This document shows positions 12,700 through 25,500 of a stretch of DNA of 60,427 nt, in pieces (positions within the stretch are counted from its first letter, which is position 1; each line of letters begins with the position of its first letter). The translations under genes were made by a program, and so were the position numbers. A model generated the notes under the pieces. That model saw only the letters and a program-made list of their open reading frames with translations, searched no databases and was not told the origin of the DNA. This stretch comes from Basidiobolus meristosporus CBS 931.73 (taxonomy: Eukaryota; Fungi; Basidiobolomycota). The stretch is from positions 1-60,427 of the forward strand of contig MCFE01000541.1 in NCBI GenBank assembly GCA_002104905.1. The letters are read 5' to 3'.

Positions 12700-14664
12700 T
12701 CAGCACTCTATTACTATTTAAGTGGATCCAGTTGGCCAGGACTTCCAATTGCCTTGTATGGCAAGTAACCTGATGGTATTTTGACAACCTCACAGCAAGA
12801 CTCTGATGGCATTTTTTTGGTAGTATGATGGCCTACTGCTGGTTCTGTATAATGTTACCGTACCAATTTACCAAATGGTATTTCCTTTTTCTACCTCCCC
12901 TTATGTAATTCATATATTCCACTGTAGAATCACCTTTCTTTATTTGCTTACCCACCACTACCTTGGGTATTCCACATATAGTTTGAATCAAAAGAATCTA
13001 TGGCCTGCTGCTCACCAAACTCTACAAATGCGCACACCTGCTGCAATTGACATACTTCTATCACCTCAACTTTTCAGCTTTTTAGTGTGATACTTGCAAA
13101 GTTGCCATATACCTTGTACTGCTGGTAGCATAAATATCTTGCAAACATATGCTTGGTTGTTGCCACTTCTGCCATGAATACCTCCTGAATATTGGCAAAG
13201 AACTTCTTGGAATTTAGCCAATATATTCCTTCTCCCTGCTGGATTCTAGTCCCCTTATAGGGGTGCTCTGGCTTTTGTATGTGTGAATTCCATATTGAGT
13301 GGTGTAGAAGCTGGCTTGTGACCACAAGAAATCCAGCATACCTTGGTGGAGGTTTCCTGATAAAAATTAGTTGCTTGTTGCACCCAACCCAACTTTGCAT
13401 TACTTAACTGATTACTCACACATTGGGGCTGCTTAGCTACTTAATGCCATAGGCATAGGTGTCTCCATGTGCACATCTGTCCTCAGTATTTTCCAACTCT
13501 TTCTGGCTGTCCTCCATGTGCCAACTCATCACATCCATGATGGACTTGAAGGTAATATTCTTGATGAGATTGGGATATGGTAGTACCTGCAACTTGACTT
13601 GTCTTCCTATCTCCCCACACATCTGCTCCATAGGAAGCTCCTAAAAGGTGAAGCAAGGCCTGATATTCTCCACACACTATGCAAGATGAAGTTGAGAATG
13701 GTTACAGTAGTGGCAGAGATCTACACTTTCAGCTTCATGTTTGTAGTATAGCCGCTCAAATCCTGTCACAAACTCCTCACACAACAGCTGTAGATGGGTC
13801 AAGTTGGCATTGGTGATCTGCTTCTGGATAAATATTCCTACAATGTCAACATATAACTCCCAATGCTTCCAATGTACTCTTGGTAGGAATGGCTTCAGAA
13901 CACCACTTGAATAAATACATATCCAGTTCATCCATTCTTTGCATTTGTATTGTTGCATATGCATATGTATATTAATTGGAGCCTGTGAGAAGTACTTAGG
14001 GTAGCGGATACACTGTAATTTCTTGCCAATTTTTTCAAATTTCTCCGGTATCTCAAAGGGCTCATTTAGCTTGAAATGTCCCATGTACAACTTGGTCATT
14101 AGTACAGGGATATTGTTGAAAAGCAAATGCATTGCTCCCAGAGGAAAGCTTTTGCTCCAACAGATACCCTCTATCTTAAGTATCTCTGGTTTCCAATTGA
14201 TTCCATACTCCAGCCAATGGCTTATAGCTTGTCAACTTTGCTGCAATTGCATGCTTACTTCTGTATGTTCCCTCTGTGGAAAGATGATGTTCTTAGTGCG
14301 GGTGTTTGGATAACAATAATGCGTGTGATTATGGAGTAAATCCCCTGGGTCTCACACATTTGACAGCATTACCATCCATTGTGCCTGGAAAAACCTGCTA
14401 CCTTGCTGATGGCTGGGGTATCTCCAATCCAGATAATAATATGAGCTTTCACATGACAGCCATTTACTGTTATCCTGCTGGAATGCATACAAAATTTATC
14501 CAGCAATGGATACAAGTAGCTATCCAGGTTGGATGGTGATTTAGGCCCAGATACCAGTGAGACTACCATCAGATTATTCTCTGACGCCATAAGATGGGTA
14601 GCAGATTCAGATTGATAAGAATCAGTGGCCAGCAGGATTTGCTGGCAGAGTGCTTGTTTAATGT
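12700..14664 (-). pseudogene. CMC/CACTA-type (Transposase_21/tnp2-like) transposase, C-terminal two-thirds, degenerate
   Basis: GPKSPSNLDSYLYPLLD..GDTPAISKVAGF.RHNG, MHLLFNNI, KCKEWMNWI, FERLYY and MEQMCG motifs, typical of fungal CMC transposases. Confidence 0.8.
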
Positions 14665-15618
14665 AGCATGCACATTTGCATGTACCTATGACAGAATCTC
14701 AGAGATATGTACACCGGCAATCACCATGACTGTGGCTGTTAGCCAGGCTTCAGGCCACTACACTCAAGGTGCAGCAACAACCAAATAAAAGAGCAGTCAT
14801 GTGACCAAGAAGAAGTCAACTGCTACAAAGCATTGTGAGCTTCATGAAAGATGCTATCACTCTACCAGTGAGTGCAAAGGCATCACTAAGCAGTCAATCA
14901 AGTCAGGAAACATGTCAGAGAAGCAGTAAACATCAAAATTGATAATCCATATGCTGACAACAAATGCTTTAAATGTGGAAAGATGGGACATAGATCACCT
15001 GCCTGTCATGAGAAGAACTCTACACCATTAGCAAAAATTACTCAGATCCTAGATGCTCATTCAACCAATGAAATGTCAGGATATGAAGAAGCATATGAAC
15101 ATGTTATGAATAGTCACAAGGCAGGAGGAAAAGCTAGGCACAGCAGGAAAGGACTTAGGTGTGGACCATCAAGGCAAGACAGGATTCAGGCAAGGCTGTT
15201 TATTCAAGACCTGTGTTTATCAGACTGAGGAACACTTAAGGGGGGATAAGACTATATATACTTTTTGGCTATACTGATGCCAAGAGATATTAGCTAATAC
15301 TAATGGGGTTGTGGGGTGAGGCACAGCAGCAGTGCTGGGGATAATAATATAGAAGGCAAGGCACTGAGACAGGATGGGAAATGGATTGGGTCACCTGATC
15401 ATGTGACTAAGTCATGTGACATGGTATTTCTTTATATGATACTGGACTATGAAAATACAATGGGAAGCTTCCATGGAATGTTCCATTGTGTAGCAATGGT
15501 TTGGAATGTACAGGAACTTTCTGGAAGGTGGTAAAGGTTCCAGAAGGAGTCTCTTAGAAATTGAGCTAGGAAGCTGAAACTTGGCATGGGTGTTCATGGT
15601 TGTCATGTGATCATGACA

Positions 15619-18600
15619 CTATTCTCCTCTTCCAGGCAAAGCTCTGTTTCCCATTGGGGCAGGTTTTGCAGCATTTTGCTTGTGGAACTGGGTAAATAGT
15701 TCTTGACAATTAGTGAGATGGGTAGCTAGTTCCCATGTTTGGTCACTTGGACCATAACCACTCCAGTCTACTAAGTAGTACAGCTTTGAGCGGATATATT
15801 TGGAGTCTAGAATCTGTTTAACTTCAAACTCTTGATATTGGTCAACCTGGATGGCTTGGGGCTTTGCTTCTTGCTGGTTTGGCAAGGTGTTCCTACAATA
15901 CAGCTCCAGGAGGGACACATGGAAAGTATCATGGATTTTCATACTTGCTGGTAACTGTAGCTGATATACTATAGGGCTAAGCTTCTTCTTGATCTTAAAG
16001 GGACCAAGCTTCTTGAAATCCAATTTGTCACAAGGACGGTTGGTGCTGATGTTTCTTCTGAGCAACCATACAGAATCTCCTTCAAGATCAGGGCTGGGAT
16101 GCCTTTTAGATTGGCAAATTTCTTGTAGCTTTCCTGAGCTAAGGATAGCTCCTCCTTGAGGGTATTCTGGATGTCCTGGATTGCTTGGGCATGTTCAGCT
16201 GCATGTGGGCTCATTGGGTTTGTTGGAATCTGGATATCAAACTGAGGGTGGAATCCATAGTTTGCATAGATTGGTGTAAAACTGGTTGCACTATGGCTTG
16301 AGTTGTTGTAGGCAAACTCAGCAACAGGGAGTAGATCAACCCAATTGTATTGCTGGAAATTGATATAGCACTGGAGGTATTCCTCCAGAATCTGGTTGAT
16401 TCTTTCAGTCTGGCCATCCAATTGAGGATGGAAGGCAGTGGAGAGTTTGACTTGAACACCAAGGTATTGCATGAAGTGTTTCCAGAACTTGGACACAAAC
16501 TGTGGGCCTCTATCTGACACAATATCACTGGGGATACCATGAAGGTGGAAAATACTCTTGAGGACTAATGCAGCAGTTTCTTTTGAATCAGTGTTCTTAC
16601 AGTAAGGGATAAAGTGAGCTATCTTGGTCAGCCAGTCAGCCACTACAAGTATAGCATTGAAGCCACAGGACTCAGGGATGTCAGTAACAAAGTCCATAGA
16701 TATAGATCTCCATTGGTGTTCAGGGATAGGCAAGGGCTGAAGAAGTCCATAGGGCTGGTGTCTGGCTGGTTTTGCATGGTTGCAAATATCACAAGTCAAA
16801 ATGTACTCTTTGATGAGAGTTATCATTCTAGGCCACCAGAAATCTCCTTTGATAGCATTCAAGGTTTTGGCAGTACCAAAGTGGCCTGCAGCCATTGAAT
16901 CATGCCAAGACTTAATGATGTCTAGCTGGGTGGCAAGGTCTGGGACACAAAGCTGCTGCTTGTGGTAGATGAGGTTGTTTACCAAATGCATGTTCTGGAT
17001 GTTTGGGCACTTGGGAGGGGGCCCAACTGGGGATTCCAGATATTTCTTGACAGTGCAGGAAGTCATATCAGAGGCTTGGGATTCTGATATCCTAACTAGG
17101 AATGAAGGGATGACAAGACTTGAGGACTGGGTGGCAAGAATCTCAAAATGTTTCTTGCTCATCAATGGGTGTTCCATTTGCCAACAGCCATCATCTCCCT
17201 CTTCCAGTGCATATTCCTTTTCTCTGGACAGGGCATCAGGCTTTCCTTGCTTTGCACCAGGTCTATAGGTGATAGCAAAGTCAAAGCTGGACAGGAAGAG
17301 TGACCATCTGGCTTGTCTCTGGTTTAGTACTCTGGAAGTTGCAATGTACTTGAGGTTCTTATGGTCACAGAAGACTTTGGTCTTGTGTTTTGCACTGTCC
17401 AGGTAGTAGACTTGTTCCGTTGGATAGTGCCACATTGAGCCATGAGTGCCAAATGATGCCATAGTGTGCCAGAGAGGTAAAGTGAGCCTATACTTGGCCA
17501 CAGAGTGTGAAACATAGCTCTGCATCTTCATGCAAAGCAGCCCCTGTGTTTCACCCATTGAGTTGGAGAAAATCCATTTTTTGACCTTTTTTTTTGAATC
17601 AATGTTGTGCAGGATGTGTTAGAGCACAAGCAGATTGAAGATATGCATCTGGTACTCAATACCCATGGCACTCTGAATCTAGCTCCTGTAGCTTGTATCA
17701 TGTCACAAAAATGGATGGCACTATCTTGGTCCACTGGCACTATCTGGCACTATAAGTGCTTTGTATAGATCTTACTTTAGGGCTAATATTTAAATATAGT
17801 GCCAGATAGTACCAGTGGACCAAGATAGTGCCATTCATTTTTGTGACATGATACAAGGCACAGGAGCTAGATTCAGAGTGCCATGGGTATTGAGTACCTG
17901 ATGCATGTCTTCAGTTCTCCTGTGCTCTTACACATCCTGAGCTACATTCATCCACAAAAAAAGGTCAAAAAATGGATTTTCTCCTGCGCAATGGGTGAAA
18001 CACAGGGGCTGCTTTGCATGAAGATGCAGAGCTATGTTTCACACTCTGTGGCCAAGTATAGGCTCACTTTACCTCTCTGGCACACTATGGCATCATTTGG
18101 CACTCATGGCTCAATGTGGCACTATCCAACCGAACAAGTCTAGTGTCTCCATTGCGCAAAGGCTACAATGATGGCAAGCAACTCCTTATCATAGATATCA
18201 TAGTTGGTCTCTGCAGGGGAAAACTTCCAAGAGTAGAATGCAATAGGGAGCAACACATTGTCCTCATCATACTGGGAGAGTATGGCACCAAGGGCAAAAT
18301 CAGAAGCATCAGTCTCCACTATGAATTGCTTCTCAAGGTCAGGGTGGGCAAGCAGGGGGGCCTTCAGGAAAGATTTCTTGAGTGGGTTGAATGAGGTGGA
18401 TTGCTCCTCATTTCAGGCAAAAGATGTGTTCTTCTGGGTAAGCTTTGTCAGAGGGGTGACTATCTTGGAGTAGTGGGCTATGAACCTGCGATAGAAGTTG
18501 GTAAATCCCAGGAAGGATTGTACTTCCTTGACTGAGCTTGGAGTTTTCCAGGATTGGACTGAGTCAGCTTTCTTTGGGTCCATTTGTGTTCCCTCAGGGC

Positions 18601-19867
18601 TGATGAGGAAATCAAGAAATTCCACTTCTCTCTGGTCAAATTCACACTTCTCTAGCTTGGCATAGAGACCAGCAGAGTCTAGTTTTCTCAATACTTTCTT
18701 GACATGTTCATCATGTTCATCTTGGCTCTTGTAGTATGTGAGAATATCATCAAGGTAGATTACCACAAACTGGTCAAGGTACTCACAGAATATGTCATTC
18801 ATGAGGTGTTCAAACACAGCAGGGGCATTGGTGAGGCCAAATGGCATTACTTTGTACTCAAAGTGACCATATCTTCTGCAAAAGGCAGTTGTCCATTCAT
18901 CACCAGGCTTGATTCTGACAAGATTGTAAGCTCCTCTCAAGTAAATCTTGGTAAAGACTTGGGCAGCAGATAGCTGATCCAACAGTGTGTTGATCAGGGG
19001 CAGGGGGTAGCAGTTCTTGACTGCAATCTTATTCAAAGCACGGTAGTCCACACACATTCTGAGGGTGCCATCCTTCTTCTTGTCAAAGAGGATTGGGGCT
19101 CCAGCAGGTGATTTGGAGTGCTGAATAAAACCCTTTGAGAGGTTTTCTTGAATACAACCATGGAGTTCTTTCAACTCTGGCTGGGAGAGGTTATATATTG
19201 GGCCAAATGGAGGGACTTTTCCATCTTCAAGGGCAAAAGGGCAGTCATAAGGCCAATGGTCAGGGAGGGGTTCTGCTTTCTTCTTGTCAAAGACATGGGC
19301 AAACTCTTGGTACTTGAATAGTATATTTGCTGAAGGGGCTCCTTCAGCTGGCAAGGTATCTTGGGCTGTTGAACTGTTGGCAACGGTCTTTTCACAGTAA
19401 TCAGGGTCTGGAGATTTCATGGAGTTGACTTGGTGGGATCTGGTAAATGACAGGATCTTGGATTTCCAATCAATACTTGGATTGTGGTAGCTCAGCCATG
19501 AGCTTCCTAGCACAATAGGATAGTGTGGTGAGTTGATGATGTTGAAGGTGATTCTTTCTTGGTGAGCAGTACTGGACAGCTGGAGTAAGCATATTTCATG
19601 GGTAATGGCACCAGAGGAGAGTGATCTTCTATCAATAACTTCTACTTGGACTGGACAGGATATCAAGGTAACAGGAATAGAGTGCTTCTGGACAAAGGCT
19701 TGGTCAATGAAACAGGATGAAGCACTGGAATCAATCAGGGCTAGGACTGGGACAGGACTGGAGTCAGGGATCTGGATTTTGACAGGCATTCTCAAGGACT
19801 GGATAGATTTTGTGGCAAAGGATGATTCTTGGATATGCTGGATTCTCATGGGTGGGTCCAGTTGCAA
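15619..19867 (-). pseudogene. G1 pol (PR-RT-RNaseH-IN-chromodomain); stops, frameshifts and MITE insertion
   Basis: LALIDSSAS, MPFGLTNAPA..YLDD, TDASDFALG, HFGTAKT, SMDFVTD, GPFKI. Chromodomain FEVKQILDS..YLVDWSGY...TWE at ~15682-15828. Confidence 0.95.
17408..18141. mobile_element. Fold-back/MITE element, 734 bp (two 347-bp inverted arms, 40-bp spacer)
   Basis: Arms 17408-17754 and 17795-18141 are reverse complements. 3-bp TSD AGT. Excision restores G1 RNase H QWRHYLDSA. Confidence 0.95.
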
Positions 19868-19900
19868 GCCTGTCAGTGCAACTGGACATTGGAGTTTCCC
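19856..19900 (-). promoter_or_regulatory. -1 programmed ribosomal frameshift signal (gag-pol of G1)
   Basis: G GGA AAC in gag phase, 6-nt spacer, 11-bp stem GTCCAGTTGCA/TGCAACTGGAC. The -1 frame runs into pol. Confidence 0.85.
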
Positions 19901-20679
19901 AACAGATCTGAATCAGGTTGGTTACTGGAGGAATGCATCAGCTTGAAGCTGGACTTCTTGTTAGGGCAGGACTTGGCAAAGTGACCTGATTGGCCACAGT
20001 ATAGACAGAGGTTGGCTTGTTGACGCCTGGACTTTTCACTCATTGATAGTTTCTTGTATTTGGCACTATCAATCTGCATAGGATCTTCTGGAGTGACTTG
20101 GGGAGCAGGAGGGGCTGGGACTGCAACAGGAATGTGTCTTTGACAGTTCTTTTGCTTCTTCTGGAATAGCCTGTTATCACACCAGATTGCTTGGTGCATA
20201 GCTTCAACCAATGTATCTGGGTCTGGGAGTGTGCGTAGCAGATTGCAAACTTCATCATTGAGGCCATCTTGGAATTGGCTAATCAAGGCTGCTTGTCCCC
20301 AGGAGCTGAGGTCACTGGAGAGTTGTCAGAATTCTGAGGCATATACTGATGCTGGTTTGTTCCCTTGTTTGACGGTCTTGATCTTATTGGCAGCAGTTCT
20401 AGCTTGGTCAAGGTTACCAAATGTTAGCTCCATTTCAGTGAGAAAGGCTTGGTAGTCTCTGAGTAGGGGAGAGTTGGTCTCCAGTAATGGGGAGAACCAC
20501 TTGAGAGCTGTACCAGTAGGCAGGTTGGAGATGAAGCCAACTTTGGCCTGGTCAGTGGGGTACCAGTTGGGCTGGAGTGCAAGATTGCTCTTCACCATGT
20601 TGATGAAGCCATGGAATTCATTCTGAGCCATTCAACTTGGTAGCAGGAGTATACTTAGGTTCTTGGTAGACTGGGACAT
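19873..20679 (-). pseudogene. G1 gag with CCHC zinc knuckle
   Basis: ORFs 20326-20631 and 19873-20286 with TGTALKWF, FQDGL, PMQID and CLYCGQSGHFAKSC. Confidence 0.9.
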
Positions 20680-21196
20680 GGCTAGTTTGCTAGACACTTT
20701 GGTTCTGGAACTGAGCAAGAGTGTTTCTGAGGACTGCATGGTCTTGCTGCAGTTGGGTAAAGGCAGCCATGAGCTGAGCAAAGTTCAGCTCTAGGCTGGA
20801 CATGGTAGGAGAGGAAGGTGGATGAACTTGCAAGGAATACTGGAATATACTCAACTAGATTGTGGGTTTGTAAAGCCACTAGTATGTCAAGAATACAACT
20901 ATTGAGCCACAATCCCAAACTTAAATAAGTTAGCGTCACTTCAGAAGGTACTGGTTTTGATGTCCTTTGATAGATTACTGTACTAAAGCTTCCAATATTG
21001 TAACAACTGTAACCTCCACCAGCAGGGTAATAAAGTGAATGCAGCTTTGACCAATAGTTTTACAAAGATAAAGTATCTTTGCCTTTATAGGACAAGACTA
21101 AGGAAAGATGATGGGTGATACTTACGGTGAGTATTCCTTTTACAAGTTTTCTTAAAACTTTGGGCAGAAGGCAGAGATCCACAGGTAAGTCAGGAG

Positions 21197-21369
21197 AGTC
21201 TGATAAAACTGTTATGAATAGACACAAGGCAGGAGGAAAAGCTAGGCATGGCATGAAAGGACTTAGGTGTGGACCGTCAAGGCAAGACAGGATTCAAGGC
21301 AAGGCTGTTTATTAAAGACCTGTGTTTATCAGACTGAGGAATACTTAAGGGGGGATGGGATTATATATA
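21197..21369 (-). promoter_or_regulatory. G1 PBS (21197-21207), R start (~21335), poly(A) signal (21308-21313), TATA (21361-21367)
   Basis: The PBS TTTATCAGACT is complementary to AGTCTGATAAA inside the LTR, about 30 nt downstream of TATATAA. Confidence 0.75.
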
Positions 21370-24328
21370 CTTTTTGGCTATACTGATGCCAAGAGATATT
21401 AGCTAATACTAATGGGGTTGTGGGGTGAGGTACAGCAGCAGTGCTGGGGATAATAATATAGAGGGCAAGGCACTGAGACAGGATGGGGAAATGGATTGGG
21501 TCACCTGATCATGTGACTGAGTCATGTGACCTGGTATTACCATATATGGTACTGAACTATGAAAAATACAATGTGAAGCTTCCATGGAATGTTCCATTGT
21601 GTGACAATGGTTTGGAATGGTCAGGAACTTTCTGCAAGGTGGTATAAGGTTCCAGAAGGAATCTCTTAGAAATTGCGCTAGGAAGCTGAAACTTTGCATG
21701 GGTGTTCATGGCTGTCATGTGATCATGACAGAACAATTGATAGCTCAAGATTATCACAACCTCTTTGAATTTGCGGCTAAAATTGCAACTGTTCAAGAAA
21801 AGCAGCAACCAGTTGTCCAGCTAAAAGCTATAGAGGTGCCACTCAAACTCAACGGCCAATCATATGTGGCACTACTGGATACTGGATCATCCAACTCTAT
21901 TGTATCACCTAGTGTAGTCAAAGAACTCAAATTGGAAATAGAAAAGCAACCAGGAAGATCATATATGCTGCTAAGGACCTCTCAGCCCCAAGTATTGGTA
22001 TTACCAACCCAATCAGCACACATTGTGGTTCAATGACTATAATCCATCAAATGGAAGTTATGATTTTCCAGATGGACCTCAGGTGGTCATTAGTCCAGAC
22101 ACCTTCACCAAGCTTGGCTTCACAAAGGCAAACTACCAGTTTCATATCATGGAATCACTAAATCTCAGCCACCCCTAATGGATCTGATTCCAGAGATTAT
22201 CTTGCCCCATCTGGAAGCAGAGGAGTCCATCCTAACTTCTCAAGCGTATTCTCAATCAGCCAAATTGGAAAATCAGCCAGCTGTAGAAAGAAACTAAGCC
22301 ATTCCTAGGGGCAGTTTTGGCACTATTCCAGAATCCATTGTTATGCTAAAAACCCCACCTGGTGAGTCACCATGGAGGAGGCAATACCCATTTCTGCATT
22401 CCTGTCAACAATTAGTTCATGAAGTAGCCCAAAAGTGGGCTGAGAGTGGAATTATCACTCAAGCCCCTGTCAACATAACATTCAACAGCCCTTTGATGCA
22501 TGCCCCTAAGAAAGATGCTGATGGAAATCTAACTCTGATGTCTCAGGGAGCTACCTTTGGGCTAAAGACATTATCAGCAAGTTCCAAAGAGTCATGACTA
22601 TAATACTCAAGAATGCACCATATGCCTTAGCGCTTGTTGATGATGCCATCATATTTTCCACAAACTTTAATGAACATGCAACTCATGTCATTGATGAGAT
22701 CAATAGACAGACAGCTGCTGAACTGATTCTCAATGCAGAAAAGTGCAGTTTTGCTTGCCTCCGAATCAATCTACTTGGATTCATAGTCACACCAGATGGC
22801 CACCAACTTGACCCTTTCAAACTGGTCAATATTCTTGAGTGGCCAAAACCCGCTAGCGTTAAGCTACTCTAACATTATCTTGGAGTACAACTATTTCAAT
22901 GAACATGTTCCTCTCATGTCCTCATTGAGTACCCCTTTTGATGCATTATGCCATAGTCCTGATCTTCCTTCTGCCTGGAACAAGGCCCATGACCAAGCAT
23001 CTGAGTCACTCTGCCAATTGCTCCCACAAGCACCCACCCTTTCCTACCCTGACCCTAATAAGACCTTTGTTGTTGCTACAGATGCTTCTAATGTTGGGTT
23101 AGGGGCTGTCCTATATCTGGATGAAGACTAAAATCTACCCCACTAGGTCTCTTTTCAAGCCAGATCCCTACAACCTGCTGAGAGAAATTACTCTGCCCCC
23201 AAGAAGGAGTTACTAGCCATAGTCTTTGCCTTGAAGAAGTTTCATCAGTATTTATGGGGTAATCCTTTTACCTTGAACACTGACCACTGAGCCCTTGTCA
23301 ATATCCCTACTCAAAAGACTCTGACTCCAATGTTTACCAACTGTCTTGATACTCTACTTAATTATGAAAATACAGTTATTCATTGCCCAGTAATCCTCAA
23401 TGCCCTGCATGATCACCTTTCAAAATATTCCCCACTTCACCTTAGGATTGATATGTAATTACTGAGATAATCAGTAAGCTCACTAAAACTTCCAAAATAA
23501 TCCCTCGACTGGATTCAACAACTTGGCAAATCTCACATGCCAATGATAGGAAAACATTGATACAGAGGAGTCATTTACATGGCCACTTTGGAAATGACAC
23601 ATATGAAGAAGCTACACTCTGATGGATATCACTGGCCAAATATCAAAGCTGACTGCCTAGAATATGTCAAGTCTTGCAGAGAATTTCAGCTTTACAATAT
23701 CTGGTTCCATGCATCTCACCCTTTGAGTCCCATCAATGCAAGCCTTTCAATGGATCACATTGCAATTGATCTAGCTGGTCCTTTCACCACTTGTGATGAT
23801 GGTAATCCCTACCTCTTTGTAGTTGTGGATGTCTTCACACATTTTGTCTTCCTCAATGCTATCCCAGAAAAGTATGCTGCCACTATAACACAAGCACTAC
23901 TCAGGCTCTTCTGCCAACTTGGATCCCCCAAGGTCATTCAATTGGATAATGGATCAAACTTATAAATCATGTAATAAAAGCCCTTTACCTGAATAGCACC
24001 ATTGAACACTGTCAGATCACTCCCTATCATCCCAAAGCTAATGGACTTGCTGAAAGGCATGTTTGAACCTCAGTGAACATCATCAGGAAATCTATCAAAG
24101 TATCAAGAAGAATTGAGACCAGTACATTGCAACCATACAGTATGCTATGAACACCAAAGCTGTTGCTCTACATGGATCAACACCATTTTCTTTGATGCTT
24201 GGAAGAAAGTTCTACCACTTTGGAAACTACCAGAATACAGAGTTAGCAAAGTTGAATGCATACAAGCAAATGAACCAACTTGAGTACTTTGACAACATTG
24301 TCTACCCTGCTGTCAGTGACAGAAGTAT

Positions 24329-25200
24329 CTTGCTGATGGCTGGGATATCTCCAATGCAGATAATAATATGTGCTTTACATGACAGCCATTTACTGTTATC
24401 CCACTGGAAAGTATACAAAATTCATCCAGCAATGGATACAGGTAGCTATCCAGGTTGGACGGTGATTTAGGCCCAGATACCAGTGAGACTACCATCAGAT
24501 TATTGCTCTGGCACCATAAGATGGGTAGCAGATTTTGATTGATAAGAATCAGTGGCCAGCAGGATTTGCTGGCAGAGTGCTTGTTTAATGTGAATCCATC
24601 AAGTGCTAAAACAAAGGCATGGTTATACATACCTTCAAAGTAGCCATTGCTTCTTATCTGTTTGTAATGTTTGCCATCAAATATATTGGATATGTTAGTA
24701 CTTGATTAATACTGAGTGTGGTACTGTATAACTTTGCAATATTTGTTGGACTGCATCAGCTTCCTCAGACGGGGTATGACCCAAGTATATATGGAGTGTG
24801 AACAATGTTTTCCCTCAATGCTGGTGGATTCCTGACAATTTGGACACATTGCAATGGTAGCATTTTTGGATGTGAATGCCATGCAACTGTTAACACATGT
24901 TGGAATCAGGACAGTTTCTGGATCATATGCTGCCAGCTGCATGACAGTTGTCCACTTGAACCATATACATGGTAGGTTGCATCCTGGAATTATTTTGGCA
25001 AGAAGTAGTAATTAATCCTCAAAGTCCACATTAATGATATTAGTGGAAACATGCCACTTTTCAAGCCACAACATGACATCATTCACCAGTAGATGAATTA
25101 CTGGGCTCACTTGGCTCCATAAAGTATCCTTGGCAGTTGTTTTAACAGGTGCTGTCTCATTGCATATATGGATTTGACTGCACTCATACTTGTTACGGTT
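24329..25200 (-). pseudogene. CMC transposase N-terminal part, degenerate
   Basis: TCVNSCMAF..CPNC, IPRLRKL and LALDGF..SCWPLILIN motifs. Overlaps the 12700-14664 piece by 263 bp. Confidence 0.8.
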
Positions 25201-25500
25201 GTTATGGGATATAGGCTCAAAATCTATCAGTGAACTATTGTGTTGTATAATGATTAGTGTGGGGCTTGTTCCACAGTACAGAGGCTAACTAACAATATAC
25301 AACAACTTCCAGTATGCTAATACTGAAGTAGTTTATTGGGAGACTGATATACCACTTTTGCCATAGCAACATATTGACAAAGACACCTGCAGTTCAGACA
25401 CAGAGGTTATTCCACCCATTTATACACCTCACACACCTTGAGTTGAGTATCTTCTCCCAGGAGTACCTCTACACCACCACACCACCCGAAGATATTACTT
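25200..25500 (-). mobile_element. Highly decayed chromovirus (G3-like) 3' end
   Basis: WEKILNSRCVR resembles a chromodomain start. Homologous to 41830-42040. Confidence 0.4.

Larger units (their letters stand above)
15102..21730 (-). mobile_element. Full-length Ty3/gypsy chromovirus G1 (6.6 kb), inactivated
   Basis: LTRs 15102-15618 and 21210-21730 (TGTTATG...CATGACA). Perfect 5-bp TSD GAACA at 15097-15101 and 21731-21735. PPT at 15619-15633. gag, PR, RT (YLDD), RNase H, integrase and chromodomain in order. Confidence 0.97.
14665..24328 (+). mobile_element. Gypsy family G2 internal fragment (gag 14665-15101; protease-RT-RNaseH-integrase 21731-24328), split by G1; no LTRs
   Basis: Zinc knuckle CFKCGKMGHRSPAC, protease LLDTGSS, degenerate RT (LVDDAII), RNase H TDASNVGLGAVL, integrase HIAIDLAGP. 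Continuous across G1 via TSD GAACA. Confidence 0.85.

Noticed and set aside
12620-12700. Left TIR of the CMC element
   Set aside because: No convincing reverse complement of the shared right-end motif was found.
17408-17558. N-terminus MGETQGLLC... of ORF 15969-17558 (and ORF 17883-18143) as a novel integrase fusion
   Set aside because: It is a chance open frame through the MITE arm; the same peptide appears on the opposite arm.
18116-19946. Plus-strand ORFs over G1 pol, and similar short ORFs over other TEs
   Set aside because: Antisense shadows of pol with no independent coding evidence.
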